A stretch of 59,206 bases of DNA from Clostridia bacterium (lineage in GTDB: Bacteria; Bacillota; Clostridia; Oscillospirales; CAG-272), in NCBI GenBank assembly GCA_024404505.1, contig JAKSPU010000004.1, positions 1 through 59,206 of the forward strand, given 5' to 3'. The position numbers were made by a program, and so were the translations under genes. The notes beneath the pieces were generated by a model. The model did no database searches, had not been told where the DNA came from, and was given only the letters and a program-made list of their open reading frames with translations. Shown piece after piece: positions 9,292-19,230 of the stretch; positions within the stretch are counted from its first letter, which is position 1; each line of letters opens with the position of its first letter.

Positions 9292-12200
9292 TCAGAAATC
9301 CTTTTTTCTGCGCTTGGTCATAGCGGCACCGGCGGCGAGCAGCACGGCAGGCGCTGCGGCTGCGAGCGCGCTGCTGCAGCCCTTACCGGACGTTTCCGTG
9401 CCGGCCTCGCTTTCAGGTGCGTCCGTGACGACGGTTTCCGGTCCGGCGGTTTCATCGTCCGTTTCGGGCAGCGTTTCCGGTGCCGGAATGACGCTGCTGT
9501 ACGTGAAGCGGAAGCGTCCGCAGGGTGCGGTGTCACCGTCGTTGTAGACGCTCATGAGATCGCCGTCCGCAAGGTTGTTGTCCGCCCACTTGAAGTTGAT
9601 CACGAAGTCTCGTCCGTCGATCCCAAGTGCCGCTCTCGGCACGGCGATCTGAAGCAGGTTCCCGGCGACCGTGTAGTCGATCTCCGCGGCGCTCTCCCAG
9701 CTCCAGCCGCCCGTCGACTTCTCCAGCAGAGCCTTTTCATCGGGTGACGTCCGGTTGACGACGTACCCGAAGGTCTCCCATGCGGGAGCGTCGCTGCCCT
9801 CTACGCCGATGAACAGACGCATCCACAGCGGGTCGGAGGAAGGTGTCAGCGCGTCCTTGGTCGTCACCATAAAATAAACGTTGTTCTCGTCGTAGGTGAC
9901 CTTGGAGGACACGATGTCGTTGCGTCCGGTGGTATTGTCGTAATGGTATCCCTGATATCCGTCCGCGTTCCGGACGCCGGTATTGTCTGCGTAGGTGCGG
10001 AATTCGGGCTGGATGTCCGCCCACTGCTCCGCGCCGGCGTGCAGGTCGATGGTCTTTGCGATATTGGCGGGTGCCTGCGGCTCCACGCCCTTATACTGAC
10101 GGATAAAGGACACCATCTGATAGTAGTAATGATCCTTCAGCACACCGTTCGACGGCTCGATGTCCCGGCTGAAGCCGGCTGTCGCGTTATCGGGGAGTGC
10201 GTTGGTCGTTCCCCACATTTCGTCATAGCGTCCGGCGACCCATTCGTTCCAGCCGGTTATGTAGATGAAGGAGGGATCGACAGAAAGCGCATACTCGAAC
10301 TGATCCTTGAAGTTATACCCCCAGAGGATGGCGTCATCGGTGGGGACAAGGCAGCCCTTTTCGATCGAGTAGGCGCGGCCGTACTGATCGTCGTATCCGG
10401 CGTTCATGGCGGTAAGGCCCTTCGCGTCGCTCCAGTTCTGTGCCACGCTGACGCTCATTTCCTCCACAATCGACTTATCCTTTACGTTCAGCATGGATTG
10501 CTGCGGGTATACCGAGATCCACTTCCAGAAGGTATACTTGCGGAGCAGCGAGGAGTCGGGCGACCACGACGTCGTGATCCTTCCGTTCTCGATGATCTGG
10601 CGGTAATCCTGCGTGTAGCAGGGATTGATCGGACGCCACGAGAAGAATTCATAGATCTCCTTGTCGTGCGCGTCGTGCAGATCGAGTCCGGACGGGCTTC
10701 CTACCATGAGAGGCTTGCCCTCCCACAGGAACCACAGGTCCTTATAAAGACCCTTGGAATAGATGTTGTCGTACAGCTCGCGGATCTGCGTGGCTGCCTG
10801 ATCGTACTGGAACATATTCAGCATCGCGCTGATACCGGGGGCCTTCACACCGTCGTTCCGCGCCTCTGACCAGACCTCAAGCAGCTCGTTGATGGCCGCC
10901 ATGTAATTCTCCGTGCCGTTGGTATTGTCAAAAATGACCACGTCGATGTCGGCGTCCGCCAGCAGCTCAGCCTGATTCCGCAGCACCCAGCGATCTACGC
11001 CGTTATTATAGTAGCCCCATACAGGCTCGTCCCAGAACACGGTGGTGATCCCGTTCCACGCGGGATGCTTATAATCGTTCCGCGCCTCCGGGTACTGCTC
11101 GATGGTCAGCGTACCGTTGATGATCTTGTTCCGGTAGTGCGAGGAGTGCCATGTGTGGTAGAAGATGCCGACGTATTTATCGCGTCGGGGACCGGCAGCA
11201 GCAGCGTCCGTGACCGTGCGTCCGAGGCCGTCGACAGCCGTCCATACGCCCGGATTGATGAATTCAGTCGGCAGCGCGGCGCCGAGCGGTGTGAACTGTC
11301 CCTTGAAGCCGCAGAGACGTGCGACAAGCGACAGGCCGCAGGCGGAGCCGTTGACGTACAGCTCGGACGTATCGGACGCGAGTTCTACCGTGCAGACCTG
11401 CATATTGGTGACGCCGTGACGGACAATGAAGAGGTATTCTCCGGCAGGAAGCTCCGCGGGGAGCTTGGCCCACGTGCCTCTTTGGATCCCGCTGACGGTC
11501 TCCGAGGCTGCGGGGGCTTCCGCGACGGTCTTCTGATAACTTCCCTTCCACGCATACAGGGACAGATCAAGCGTATTGCCCGAGGCATCCGACGGAGCGG
11601 CAGGGATATACACCTCCGCGCCGGTGAACGTGTCGTCCACATTGAAGCGGATACCGTACTGATCGTTGTACGCCATCTCCCGGCGGGCAAAATCACCGGC
11701 GGGGTACAGGTCGGACGGCGTGGGGTCCACGTCGTTTTTCGACAGATTGCTGATCGGCAGGAAGGAGAAGTCCTCGCCGATATACTTGACCTTGACCATG
11801 GGCGCCTGATCGATGACCTGATCGTCACGGAAGGTGCGGATATTCTCCACGGTCTCTTTGGCGGTCCAGATGCCGACCTGCTCGCCCTGAACGCTCTGAT
11901 TCTCGATGTAGAAGAGATACTCGCCCGCGTCAGCATAGCTGTCGCAGGTGACGGTCAGCGTGGCGTTGTCGTTGAAGTCGACCCACGTGCGCGAAGCGAC
12001 GGGCGTGCCGCGCAGCGTTGCCTCGTAGGAATCCGCCCATCTGTACAGAGACAGGCGCAGCGTGCCTTTATTGTTGTTGTAGCTCGGGCAGGCGGCGTTG
12101 ACCTCCTTGATCGGCAGGGGCGAATTGAACTGTACAGCAAAGGTACTCATGATCTCAATGGCTTGTCCCTGATTCCCCGAGTAAGCGTCTGCGTAGCCCG

Positions 12201-12738
12201 TCACCTCGGATATCTTTACGTCCTTGGGAGCAAACTTGAGTCCCTGGATGTTGGGACCGTCCGCCTTGGACATGATTGTGAAGGTGTGCGTGCCGGCAGG
12301 CAGGTCGATCTCGGCGGGGGTGGTATCCTTCCACGAACGCCATCCGGCGCCCGGCACCTGATTCTTCAGCGTGCCGATCTCCTCTCCGTCGAGCAGGAAC
12401 ACGAAATTGCCGCCCGCGACGTTATCGGCCCAGCCGGTGACGAGACAGACCTGATAAGTGCCGGCCGCACCGACCTGTATCTCGACGCTGATGGTGTCTC
12501 CGACGCGGACCGCGTCGAAATACGGCTCGGGACACAGATTCTTTTCGATATAGATACGGTCGGCCGAGCTGCCGTTATAGGTAAAATCCGAATAAGATTC
12601 CGCGAGGCTGATCTCGGTGACCGAGGTCGATGATACGGTGACGGTACCCTTTGCAAAAGCGGTGAGGGGTGCCAGCATACTGCCGGTCAGCAGCGCGGTG
12701 AGCGTCAGGCAGAGAGAGCGAAGCAGCGACTTTTTCAT
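9292..12738 (-). CDS. Secreted multimodular GH99/71-like hydrolase: CBM6/35-like domain, two repeated beta modules, catalytic domain, Cys-containing C-terminal anchor
   Basis: Signal peptide (..TAFA/K); YVGIFY, WDEPVWGYY, TGWNEW, SRDIEP; tail GKGCSS-hydrophobic-KRRKKDF. Confidence 0.75.
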   Translation of the reverse strand: MKKSLLRSLCLTLTALLTGSMLAPLTAFAKGTVTVSSTSVTEISLAESYSDFTYNGSSADRIYIEKNLCPEPYFDAVRVGDTISVEIQVGAAGTYQVCLVTGWADNVAGGNFVFLLDGEEIGTLKNQVPGAGWRSWKDTTPAEIDLPAGTHTFTIMSKADGPNIQGLKFAPKDVKISEVTGYADAYSGNQGQAIEIMSTFAVQFNSPLPIKEVNAACPSYNNNKGTLRLSLYRWADSYEATLRGTPVASRTWVDFNDNATLTVTCDSYADAGEYLFYIENQSVQGEQVGIWTAKETVENIRTFRDDQVIDQAPMVKVKYIGEDFSFLPISNLSKNDVDPTPSDLYPAGDFARREMAYNDQYGIRFNVDDTFTGAEVYIPAAPSDASGNTLDLSLYAWKGSYQKTVAEAPAASETVSGIQRGTWAKLPAELPAGEYLFIVRHGVTNMQVCTVELASDTSELYVNGSACGLSLVARLCGFKGQFTPLGAALPTEFINPGVWTAVDGLGRTVTDAAAAGPRRDKYVGIFYHTWHSSHYRNKIINGTLTIEQYPEARNDYKHPAWNGITTVFWDEPVWGYYNNGVDRWVLRNQAELLADADIDVVIFDNTNGTENYMAAINELLEVWSEARNDGVKAPGISAMLNMFQYDQAATQIRELYDNIYSKGLYKDLWFLWEGKPLMVGSPSGLDLHDAHDKEIYEFFSWRPINPCYTQDYRQIIENGRITTSWSPDSSLLRKYTFWKWISVYPQQSMLNVKDKSIVEEMSVSVAQNWSDAKGLTAMNAGYDDQYGRAYSIEKGCLVPTDDAILWGYNFKDQFEYALSVDPSFIYITGWNEWVAGRYDEMWGTTNALPDNATAGFSRDIEPSNGVLKDHYYYQMVSFIRQYKGVEPQAPANIAKTIDLHAGAEQWADIQPEFRTYADNTGVRNADGYQGYHYDNTTGRNDIVSSKVTYDENNVYFMVTTKDALTPSSDPLWMRLFIGVEGSDAPAWETFGYVVNRTSPDEKALLEKSTGGWSWESAAEIDYTVAGNLLQIAVPRAALGIDGRDFVINFKWADNNLADGDLMSVYNDGDTAPCGRFRFTYSSVIPAPETLPETDDETAGPETVVTDAPESEAGTETSGKGCSSALAAAAPAVLLAAGAAMTKRRKKDF

Positions 12739-12784
12739 TTGTTTGATCCTCCTTCAGGATGGGGTCAACTTCGGATCGTTCGTT

Positions 12785-13888
12785 TCAGGCGTCATACAAC
12801 GCGCCGAACAGGGCGCGCAGGATGGTGTGGACGTAGACGCGGATGCCGAAGTCGTTCGGGTGGTTGATGTTGTTGCCGAGGAAATCACGCATCCTTTTGC
12901 CCGTGGACTGCATCCACACGAACATCCCGTATACCGGAGCGACGACAGTCTGCGGATACTCGGCGGCAAGGCTGAACAGGATGTCCTCAAAGTACACCTG
13001 ATTGCCGACCCAGCAGGACTGCGGATTCGGCGTTTCAGCCGATTGCAGCAGCACCGTGCCGTCCGGATGCTCGGCGTAGAAGCGGCGGAGCATCTCCCCG
13101 ATTTGAGCCTTATATGCGACGGGCGGCGTGAAGCTGTCGTTGCCGCCGACGCGAAGCATCAGAAGGTCGATGTCCTTCCCTGCTATGCGCTTGTCCCACT
13201 CATCGAGGCAGTTCTCGGCTCTCCAGCCTCCGACAGCCTGATTCTCGAGTGAGACCGGGACTCCGAAGGTCTGACCGATCCACTCGGTCACGATATGCGG
13301 ATAGTCGGGCATACCGGGGTTGATGAAGCCGCCGTATTTCGTGCCGCTGGCACAGCAGCCGACGGCAACGCTGTCACCGTAGCACATGACGCTGACCGGC
13401 TTCCCCGCCCGGAGCTTTTCGAGCAGAGGGGCTGACGCAGCGCTCTGATCAGGAGGGATGAATCCGGTGTACGCGTCCCTGTGCGTATAAGTCACGGCGC
13501 ACTGTCTGTCGACGACCATGAACGGCTCACCGTAGATGATGTAGCGCTGCACCGTGCGGTCAAAATCATACTCAAGCTCGTCCCAATCGACGCCGATGCG
13601 GATATTGGGATCGTTAGGCTGTGTCGGGAAGTATTCATCCGGCTCCCAATAGGGGATGGACGAATCGGGCAGACGGTAGATCCGTCTGCCCTCGATACGG
13701 TAATCGACGCCCTCCCGGTAGGTGACGGAAAGGCGGTAGTCGCGGACGGTCACGGGGCCGTCCGGCTCATAGAGAAGCGTGGCGGCACCATCGGCACCGA
13801 CGAACATGATAGTCTCGTCCCAGACTCCGCACCCGCGCCAGATGGGGCGCAGGTGCAGGGCGGGCGTATAAGCTTCCGTTGTCATCAT
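12785..13888 (-). CDS. SGNH/GDSL hydrolase (putative carbohydrate esterase)
   Basis: Blocks YGDSV, AVGG, GGND, NHPND. Confidence 0.8.
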   Translation of the reverse strand: MMTTEAYTPALHLRPIWRGCGVWDETIMFVGADGAATLLYEPDGPVTVRDYRLSVTYREGVDYRIEGRRIYRLPDSSIPYWEPDEYFPTQPNDPNIRIGVDWDELEYDFDRTVQRYIIYGEPFMVVDRQCAVTYTHRDAYTGFIPPDQSAASAPLLEKLRAGKPVSVMCYGDSVAVGCCASGTKYGGFINPGMPDYPHIVTEWIGQTFGVPVSLENQAVGGWRAENCLDEWDKRIAGKDIDLLMLRVGGNDSFTPPVAYKAQIGEMLRRFYAEHPDGTVLLQSAETPNPQSCWVGNQVYFEDILFSLAAEYPQTVVAPVYGMFVWMQSTGKRMRDFLGNNINHPNDFGIRVYVHTILRALFGALYDA

Positions 13889-13902
13889 GACGTTCTCTCC
13901 TC

Positions 13903-15396
13903 TTACTGCAGCTTCTTGAGGATCTTTTCGATGTTACGGTCAAACCGCTTGGAGGCTGCGGTGTAGCCGGAGGAGAAGGTATCGCGGTTGTCGTTGACGG
14001 CAGTCTTGAAGAGCGGATAGAAGCCCAGCTCCTCGGAGAAGTACATAGCCATATCGAACACGCGGTTGTTGAAGAGCAGGTCGAGCATTTCGGCGGACTC
14101 GGCATCGCGTACGTTGCGGGAGGTCAGCATGACGTCGTAGTAAGCCGGCTTGAGCGTGAGGGAAGACATGGCGGCATACGCCTGCAGGGTGTCGGCGACC
14201 AGCTCAACCATATCCTCCTTGACGGCGGAGGTCACGCACAGGCAGGAGCCGCTCTCATGCGTCCAGGTCTTGTAGTTTTCCTGTGCCTTGTCATACTTCG
14301 GAACGGTCAGGACGCCGTAGTCTCCGGTCATCTCGCGGTTGAACGCATTGAGGTACAGCGCGCAGTCACCGAAGAACAGGCCGCGGCCGGACATGAACGC
14401 GGAATTGCCGAGGAACTCCTGTCCGGGAGGCGACATGAAGGTCGCGTTGTTGGCGTGATAGATGTTCTGGGCAAGACCCAGCACGGTCATGGCCTTGTCC
14501 ATCTGGTTGGAGTCGGAAAGGTACAGGACGGGAGAATCGGTGTCACGGCTGTTGATGATGTAACGGAGACCGGAGCCGATGAACAGAGTGTTGCCGTACT
14601 CCCACGTCGTCACGAAGCCGTAAGTATCGTTTGCGTCCATCTTGCCGTCGCCGTTGCTGTCGGAGGAAACGCCCTGGATGACCTTATTGAAGTAATCAAG
14701 CGTCCAATCACCGTTCTTGACGGTCGTATAGGGATCGGGGACGGTCTCGGCGTACTGACGCTGCATCTCCTTGTTGAAGATCAGCACGTAGGTCACGTCG
14801 TCGTCGCCCGTGTTGGCGTCACCGGTCATGAAGAAGATATTGCCGCCGAGCGAGAAATCTGCAGTACCGGCATCCCACCAGGGCTTTTCGAGATCGACGC
14901 CGAGCTTGATGAAGTCATACATATAGTTGTTGACGGAAAGCGGCACGGTCTCGAAAATGCGCTGGTTGACGATGTAGAAGTCGCCGGTACCGGTCTGCGC
15001 CTCGGTCTTGCACTGCTCGGAAGCGGAGTACGGGTCCTTGATGATGACCTCCAGCTCCATTTTGCACATATCCTCAAGTCGGTTGTTGCGCTCATAGACA
15101 GCGTCGTTGATGACCTGTGCGGAGCCGCCGTTGGGGTCGACCATACCGTTCACGGCGTCGACCTCGCTCTTGAAGACGTCCACGCCGAGGATGGTGAAGG
15201 TCTCACCGTTCCAGTCGATATCGAGAGACTCCAGCATTGCGTCGGCAGGGGACTTTGTCTCGCCCTCGGTGCCGGGCGCGTTCGTGGATTTGCCGTCCGT
15301 TTCCTCATCTTCTCCGTCTCCGTTGGCGCAGGAAGCGAGCGGGCAGACGAGAAGCGCGAGTGCCAGCAAAAGGGACATGAATTTTAGTTTTTTCAT
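13903..15396 (-). CDS. Extracellular solute-binding lipoprotein (carbohydrate ABC-type)
   Basis: Lipobox LASC; DAVYERN, KPWWD, GDWTLD, DSNGDGKMD, YGVLTVPKYD, PAYYD; start at MKKLK. Confidence 0.8.
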   Translation of the reverse strand: MKKLKFMSLLLALALLVCPLASCANGDGEDEETDGKSTNAPGTEGETKSPADAMLESLDIDWNGETFTILGVDVFKSEVDAVNGMVDPNGGSAQVINDAVYERNNRLEDMCKMELEVIIKDPYSASEQCKTEAQTGTGDFYIVNQRIFETVPLSVNNYMYDFIKLGVDLEKPWWDAGTADFSLGGNIFFMTGDANTGDDDVTYVLIFNKEMQRQYAETVPDPYTTVKNGDWTLDYFNKVIQGVSSDSNGDGKMDANDTYGFVTTWEYGNTLFIGSGLRYIINSRDTDSPVLYLSDSNQMDKAMTVLGLAQNIYHANNATFMSPPGQEFLGNSAFMSGRGLFFGDCALYLNAFNREMTGDYGVLTVPKYDKAQENYKTWTHESGSCLCVTSAVKEDMVELVADTLQAYAAMSSLTLKPAYYDVMLTSRNVRDAESAEMLDLLFNNRVFDMAMYFSEELGFYPLFKTAVNDNRDTFSSGYTAASKRFDRNIEKILKKLQ

Positions 15397-15439
15397 GGTA
15401 TTATTCTTCCTTTCCGCAAATATGGGTATCCCTGTATAC

Positions 15440-15468
15440 ATTATATATTTTTTCTCCGTGCTTGTCAA
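15440..15468 (-). promoter_or_regulatory. Consensus sigma70/SigA promoter for the SBP-SGNH-GH-GH unit
   Basis: Minus strand TTGACA (15468-15463), 17 bp, TATAAT (15445-15440). Confidence 0.75.
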
Positions 15469-15480
15469 TGAGTTTCCGTG

Positions 15481-15518
15481 AAAAAACGGGGCTGCCGCAC
15501 GAAAGTGCGGCAGCCCCG
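15481..15518 (-). terminator. Rho-independent terminator of the 18412-15557 gene
   Basis: CGGGGCTGCCGCAC-TTTC-GTGCGGCAGCCCCG followed by T6 on the minus strand. Confidence 0.85.
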
Positions 15519-15556
15519 CGCCCTTACCCGTTGCCGGGTATCGGAGCGTAAGCCGA

Positions 15557-18412
15557 TCAATACAGCTTAGCGGACAGGATGCGGTCGTTCTGAACGACTA
15601 CGAACAGAGTGTCACCGCAGACCTTGACGTACACGAACTGAGAGCCGGCGGAAAGGTCGGCGTCAGAGGTGACGTTGGCAACGGTCTCACCGGTGGTCTT
15701 GTCGACCACGTACAGAACGATGTTACCGGCCTGAGCCTTGGGAGCGACCAGCGCGTACTTATCGTACATACCGACAGCGTATGCGTTGGGAACGTCGTAC
15801 TCGGCGATAGAACCGTCGGAAGCAAGCACGGAAAGCTTGCCGCCGGTGGTAGCTGCATAGCAGGCACCGGCGGTATCGACGTCAAGGTAGAAGGACTCAG
15901 CCATAGCCTTGGAATCAACGACTGCGGGATTGGCGGCGTCGGTGACGTTCAGCTTGAACATCACGTTCTGCTTATCGGAGAACAGGTAAGCGATATACTC
16001 ACCGCCTACGTTGGCAACGCCGAGACCGTTCACACGCATGGACTTGCCGTCTTCAGCGCAGACACAGAGTCTGGAGACCTGAGTCAGGGTCTTGGCATCG
16101 TAGTCGATCTTATAGACCTCAAGGTAAACGTCGTTTTGGGAATCGTAGTTGGCAAGACCGACGTACAGGTAGCCGCGGTCGTCAACTGCGAGGCCCTTTG
16201 CGAATGCGTTGGCCTCGAAGGTGAGGTATGCAACGCGCTCGCCGGTGGCAACGTCGATCATGGAGACGTTGTTGGGGTTGGCGTTCAGGACGCCTGCAAA
16301 GAAGTACTTGCCGTCGGGAGAGAAGGCAGCACCGCGGGTGAAGCCTGCGACACCGAGCTGGTCAGCGTTGATGGCAAGGGTCTCCTGCAGCTTGACGTTG
16401 TTCCAGTCGATCTCGGGAGCAACGGGCTCAGCGGGCATGGACTTAGCGAAGTAAGCCTCTGCCTCCTCAGCGGTCTCGAAGAATGCGAACCATGCAACGT
16501 CGATGGAGCCGCCGTTGCCGAGGAAGTAGTCGAGACGGCAGTAGTTGCAGACGGAGGTATCGTTGAAGGAAGCGGAAGCGGTCATATCGACCACGAGAAC
16601 GTGCCACTCACCGTCGTTCTGGTACTCATAGCGTGCCTCGTCATCGCCGCCGTGCCAGCCGCCGGTGGAACCGATGAAGAACTCACCGCCGTTCGTGCCG
16701 GTGGTGCGATACTTGAGCGCACCGTACTTGGCAGACTTGGCGTTGGCGTTGAGGTTGACGACTGCGACGTAGGGGTCGCCGCCGTTGGAGGTAAGGGTGA
16801 TGAAGCCGTCGCCCATCTCAGCCGTGGTATGGGACACGGTGGAGCCGGTGCCGCCGTTGACCTGATCCATGATGAACTCGGGATAAACGATGTACACGGG
16901 ATCACCGGGGATAACGGTCTCGGACAGGGCCTTGACCTCGATAGAGGAGAAGAGAACGGTGGTTGCACGGGCAGTTGCACCGATATCGGAAGCAGCGTTA
17001 TCGACGACAAGCGTGTTCTCAACGGTGTTGACGGAGCCGTCAGCACCGGTCAGGGTAGCGGTCTTGACGAAGTGGACGTCCTGATTGGTGTGCAGACCTG
17101 CATACTCATCGATTGCGACGGAACCGTCGAGTGCGATGGAGACGAGCAGGGTCTTGCCGGCGTAGATGTTGACGACGTTGTTGTCATCGGTGATCAGGAT
17201 GTCACCGGTCTCGCAGGCATAGTTGAAGCGGTAGTTGGTAACACGGGACGGCCACTCGGCGTCATACGCCTTGATGGTGACGGTCAGACCGCCGTCGTTG
17301 CGGCTGATGCAGATGCCTGCACCTCCACAGGAGTTGCCTTCGGGATGACCGTCGGTCTCGTAGTAGTTGTTGATCGGGTAGAAGACCAGATCATTGATGT
17401 GCGTATCGGGACCAGCCACGTCATCGGAGGTGACGCCTTCGGTACCACGGACGAAGAAGTAAGCGCCTTCAGCGTTCTGGCACCAGAAGTCCTTCAGAGC
17501 AACAGAGTACTTACCGTCCATGGTCGTGACGAAGTCGCAGATACCGGCGAGCTTGTACTTGCCGTCCTCGATGCCGCACTGGTTGATGGGCAGCTCGGGG
17601 GTGAACAGGTTGAACAGGTCGGAGGAAGCGAAGTCGCTCTGGGAAGCGACGTCGGAGGTCAGGGACTTGGTCGCATCGCCGAGCACGGGCTTGCGGTAGT
17701 CGATGTTGACCTTGACGGAGGTGATGGCGACCATGGTGCCGTCAGCCAGCTTGTAGAGAGCGGTCAGGGTGTGATTACCGGACGGAATGGAGGAAACGTC
17801 TGCATAGATGTTGAAACGGGTTGCGAAGGTACCGCCGGCACCGGTCACAGCGGCGACGACACCATCTTCCGGATTAAAGAACCATTCCTCGCTGAAGACG
17901 GGCGCGTTCTTGTCGATGCGGTAGCCGAGGGCGGTGATGTCCTGCGTCGTGCCGATCCAACCCCAGAAGCGGACGGATGCGGAGTCGCTGGGGATGTCAA
18001 CGATCTCGGGGCAGGAAGCTGCCTGGCCAGGCGTGAAGAACGTGACGAGCTTATTGCCTTCAGCGTCCCAAGCCTCGCACTCGTCGAAGGACTTGGCAGC
18101 GAAGCAAGCCTTCTCGGCGTCGAGGTCGTAGATGCCGTCAGCGGGCTCGGTCTCAGCGGGCTCGGTGGGAGCCTCGGTTGCGGGCTCGGTGGGAGCGGCC
18201 GTTGCCGGCTCTGTGGGAGCATCCGTAGCGGGCTCGGTGGGAGCGTCGGTCGCGGGCTCGGTGGGAGCATCGGTCGCGGCCTGAGTGGGCTCGGCATCGG
18301 TGCCGGTCTCGGCGACGGTGGTACCGGTGTCGTCTCCGTTATTCTTACAAGCCACGAGGCAGGTCAGCATCATAGCGGAAAGAAGCAGGAGAGCAAGAAT
18401 TCTCTTGGTCAT
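15557..18412 (-). CDS. Large surface lipoprotein: TEP stalk, several beta-sandwich modules, C-terminal beta-propeller-like domain
   Basis: Lipobox LVAC; (ATDAPTEP)n; AFSPDGKYFFAG and KGLAVDDRGYLYVG blade-like motifs; start at MTKRIL. Confidence 0.75.
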   Translation of the reverse strand: MTKRILALLLLSAMMLTCLVACKNNGDDTGTTVAETGTDAEPTQAATDAPTEPATDAPTEPATDAPTEPATAAPTEPATEAPTEPAETEPADGIYDLDAEKACFAAKSFDECEAWDAEGNKLVTFFTPGQAASCPEIVDIPSDSASVRFWGWIGTTQDITALGYRIDKNAPVFSEEWFFNPEDGVVAAVTGAGGTFATRFNIYADVSSIPSGNHTLTALYKLADGTMVAITSVKVNIDYRKPVLGDATKSLTSDVASQSDFASSDLFNLFTPELPINQCGIEDGKYKLAGICDFVTTMDGKYSVALKDFWCQNAEGAYFFVRGTEGVTSDDVAGPDTHINDLVFYPINNYYETDGHPEGNSCGGAGICISRNDGGLTVTIKAYDAEWPSRVTNYRFNYACETGDILITDDNNVVNIYAGKTLLVSIALDGSVAIDEYAGLHTNQDVHFVKTATLTGADGSVNTVENTLVVDNAASDIGATARATTVLFSSIEVKALSETVIPGDPVYIVYPEFIMDQVNGGTGSTVSHTTAEMGDGFITLTSNGGDPYVAVVNLNANAKSAKYGALKYRTTGTNGGEFFIGSTGGWHGGDDEARYEYQNDGEWHVLVVDMTASASFNDTSVCNYCRLDYFLGNGGSIDVAWFAFFETAEEAEAYFAKSMPAEPVAPEIDWNNVKLQETLAINADQLGVAGFTRGAAFSPDGKYFFAGVLNANPNNVSMIDVATGERVAYLTFEANAFAKGLAVDDRGYLYVGLANYDSQNDVYLEVYKIDYDAKTLTQVSRLCVCAEDGKSMRVNGLGVANVGGEYIAYLFSDKQNVMFKLNVTDAANPAVVDSKAMAESFYLDVDTAGACYAATTGGKLSVLASDGSIAEYDVPNAYAVGMYDKYALVAPKAQAGNIVLYVVDKTTGETVANVTSDADLSAGSQFVYVKVCGDTLFVVVQNDRILSAKLY
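18140..18290 (-). repeat. Coding 24-bp tandem repeat (ATDAPTEP x~5)
   Basis: Recurring GGGCTCGGTGGGAGC on + strand; translation ATDAPTEP/ATAAPTEP/ATEAPTEP. Confidence 0.8.
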
Positions 18413-18633
18413 TGTTTTGTACCTCTCAATACAAATTCTCCCGATGCCGTAAACGCATTTTCCGGGAGTCAAATCGCATTATAGCACATTCCCGGCTTTT
18501 ATTCAATACTTTTTTTCATCGTCTTGAAAATATGTTGGAATCATCAATCTGCTCATCAGATTATTGTGCATTTTTACCATTTCACGACATTATTTCACCC
18601 TGCTTGGGAGGGCGGAATTATTTGCATCTTCTA

Positions 18634-18662
18634 TTGACACCTCCCTGCCTGTGTGCTATAAT
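18634..18662 (+). promoter_or_regulatory. Sigma70/SigA promoter for fucU
   Basis: TTGACA, 17 bp, TATAAT with TGn extended -10. Confidence 0.8.
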
Positions 18663-18702
18663 CAAATCGTAAAAAACAAACCCGGAAACGGAGGAATTCA
18701 TC

Positions 18703-19152
18703 ATGTTGAAAGGCATCCCGAAGCTGTTATCTCCCGAGCTGCTCAAGGTCCTGTGCGAAATGGGACACGGAGACCGCATCGTCATCGGTGACGGCAATTT
18801 CCCGTCAGAAAGCGTCGGCAGGAATGCCGCCGCTGTCATCCGGTATGACGGGCAAAGCATCCCCTCGCTGCTTGACGCCATACTGACTGTTTTCCCGCTC
18901 GACACCTATACCGACAAGCCCGTCCTGCTGATGGAGCTTATGGATCGGGACAAGGGCATCGTAGACACGCCGATCTGGGACGAGTACAGAGACGTCGTCG
19001 CGGCGCACGACGCCCGCGGCGCGGACGCCGTCGGCACCGTGGAGCGCTTTGCCTTCTACGACGAGGCGAAGAAGTGCTACGCCGTCATCGCCACCGGAGA
19101 GACCGCTATCTACGCAAACGTCATCCTGCAGAAGGGCGTCGTGACGGACTGA
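18703..19152 (+). CDS. fucU: L-fucose mutarotase (RbsD/FucU family)
   Basis: MLKGIPKLLSPELLKVLCEMGHGD..IGDGNFP; ERFAFY; TGE..YANVILQKGV. Confidence 0.9.
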   Translation: MLKGIPKLLSPELLKVLCEMGHGDRIVIGDGNFPSESVGRNAAAVIRYDGQSIPSLLDAILTVFPLDTYTDKPVLLMELMDRDKGIVDTPIWDEYRDVVAAHDARGADAVGTVERFAFYDEAKKCYAVIATGETAIYANVILQKGVVTD

Positions 19153-19230
19153 CCGTCCCCCTGCCCCGCTTTCCGGTCCCCGGCCCGAAATCAGCCGTTC
19201 CTGAAATTTTTATATATGGAGGATCACATT

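Noticed and set aside
16136-18484. Long antisense ORFs (also 7410-9167, 11065-12633, 21061-22869, 29981-31474, 34530-36707, 42174-44012, 44009-45655)
   Set aside because: All lie opposite well-supported genes and have V/G/D/R-rich shadow composition.
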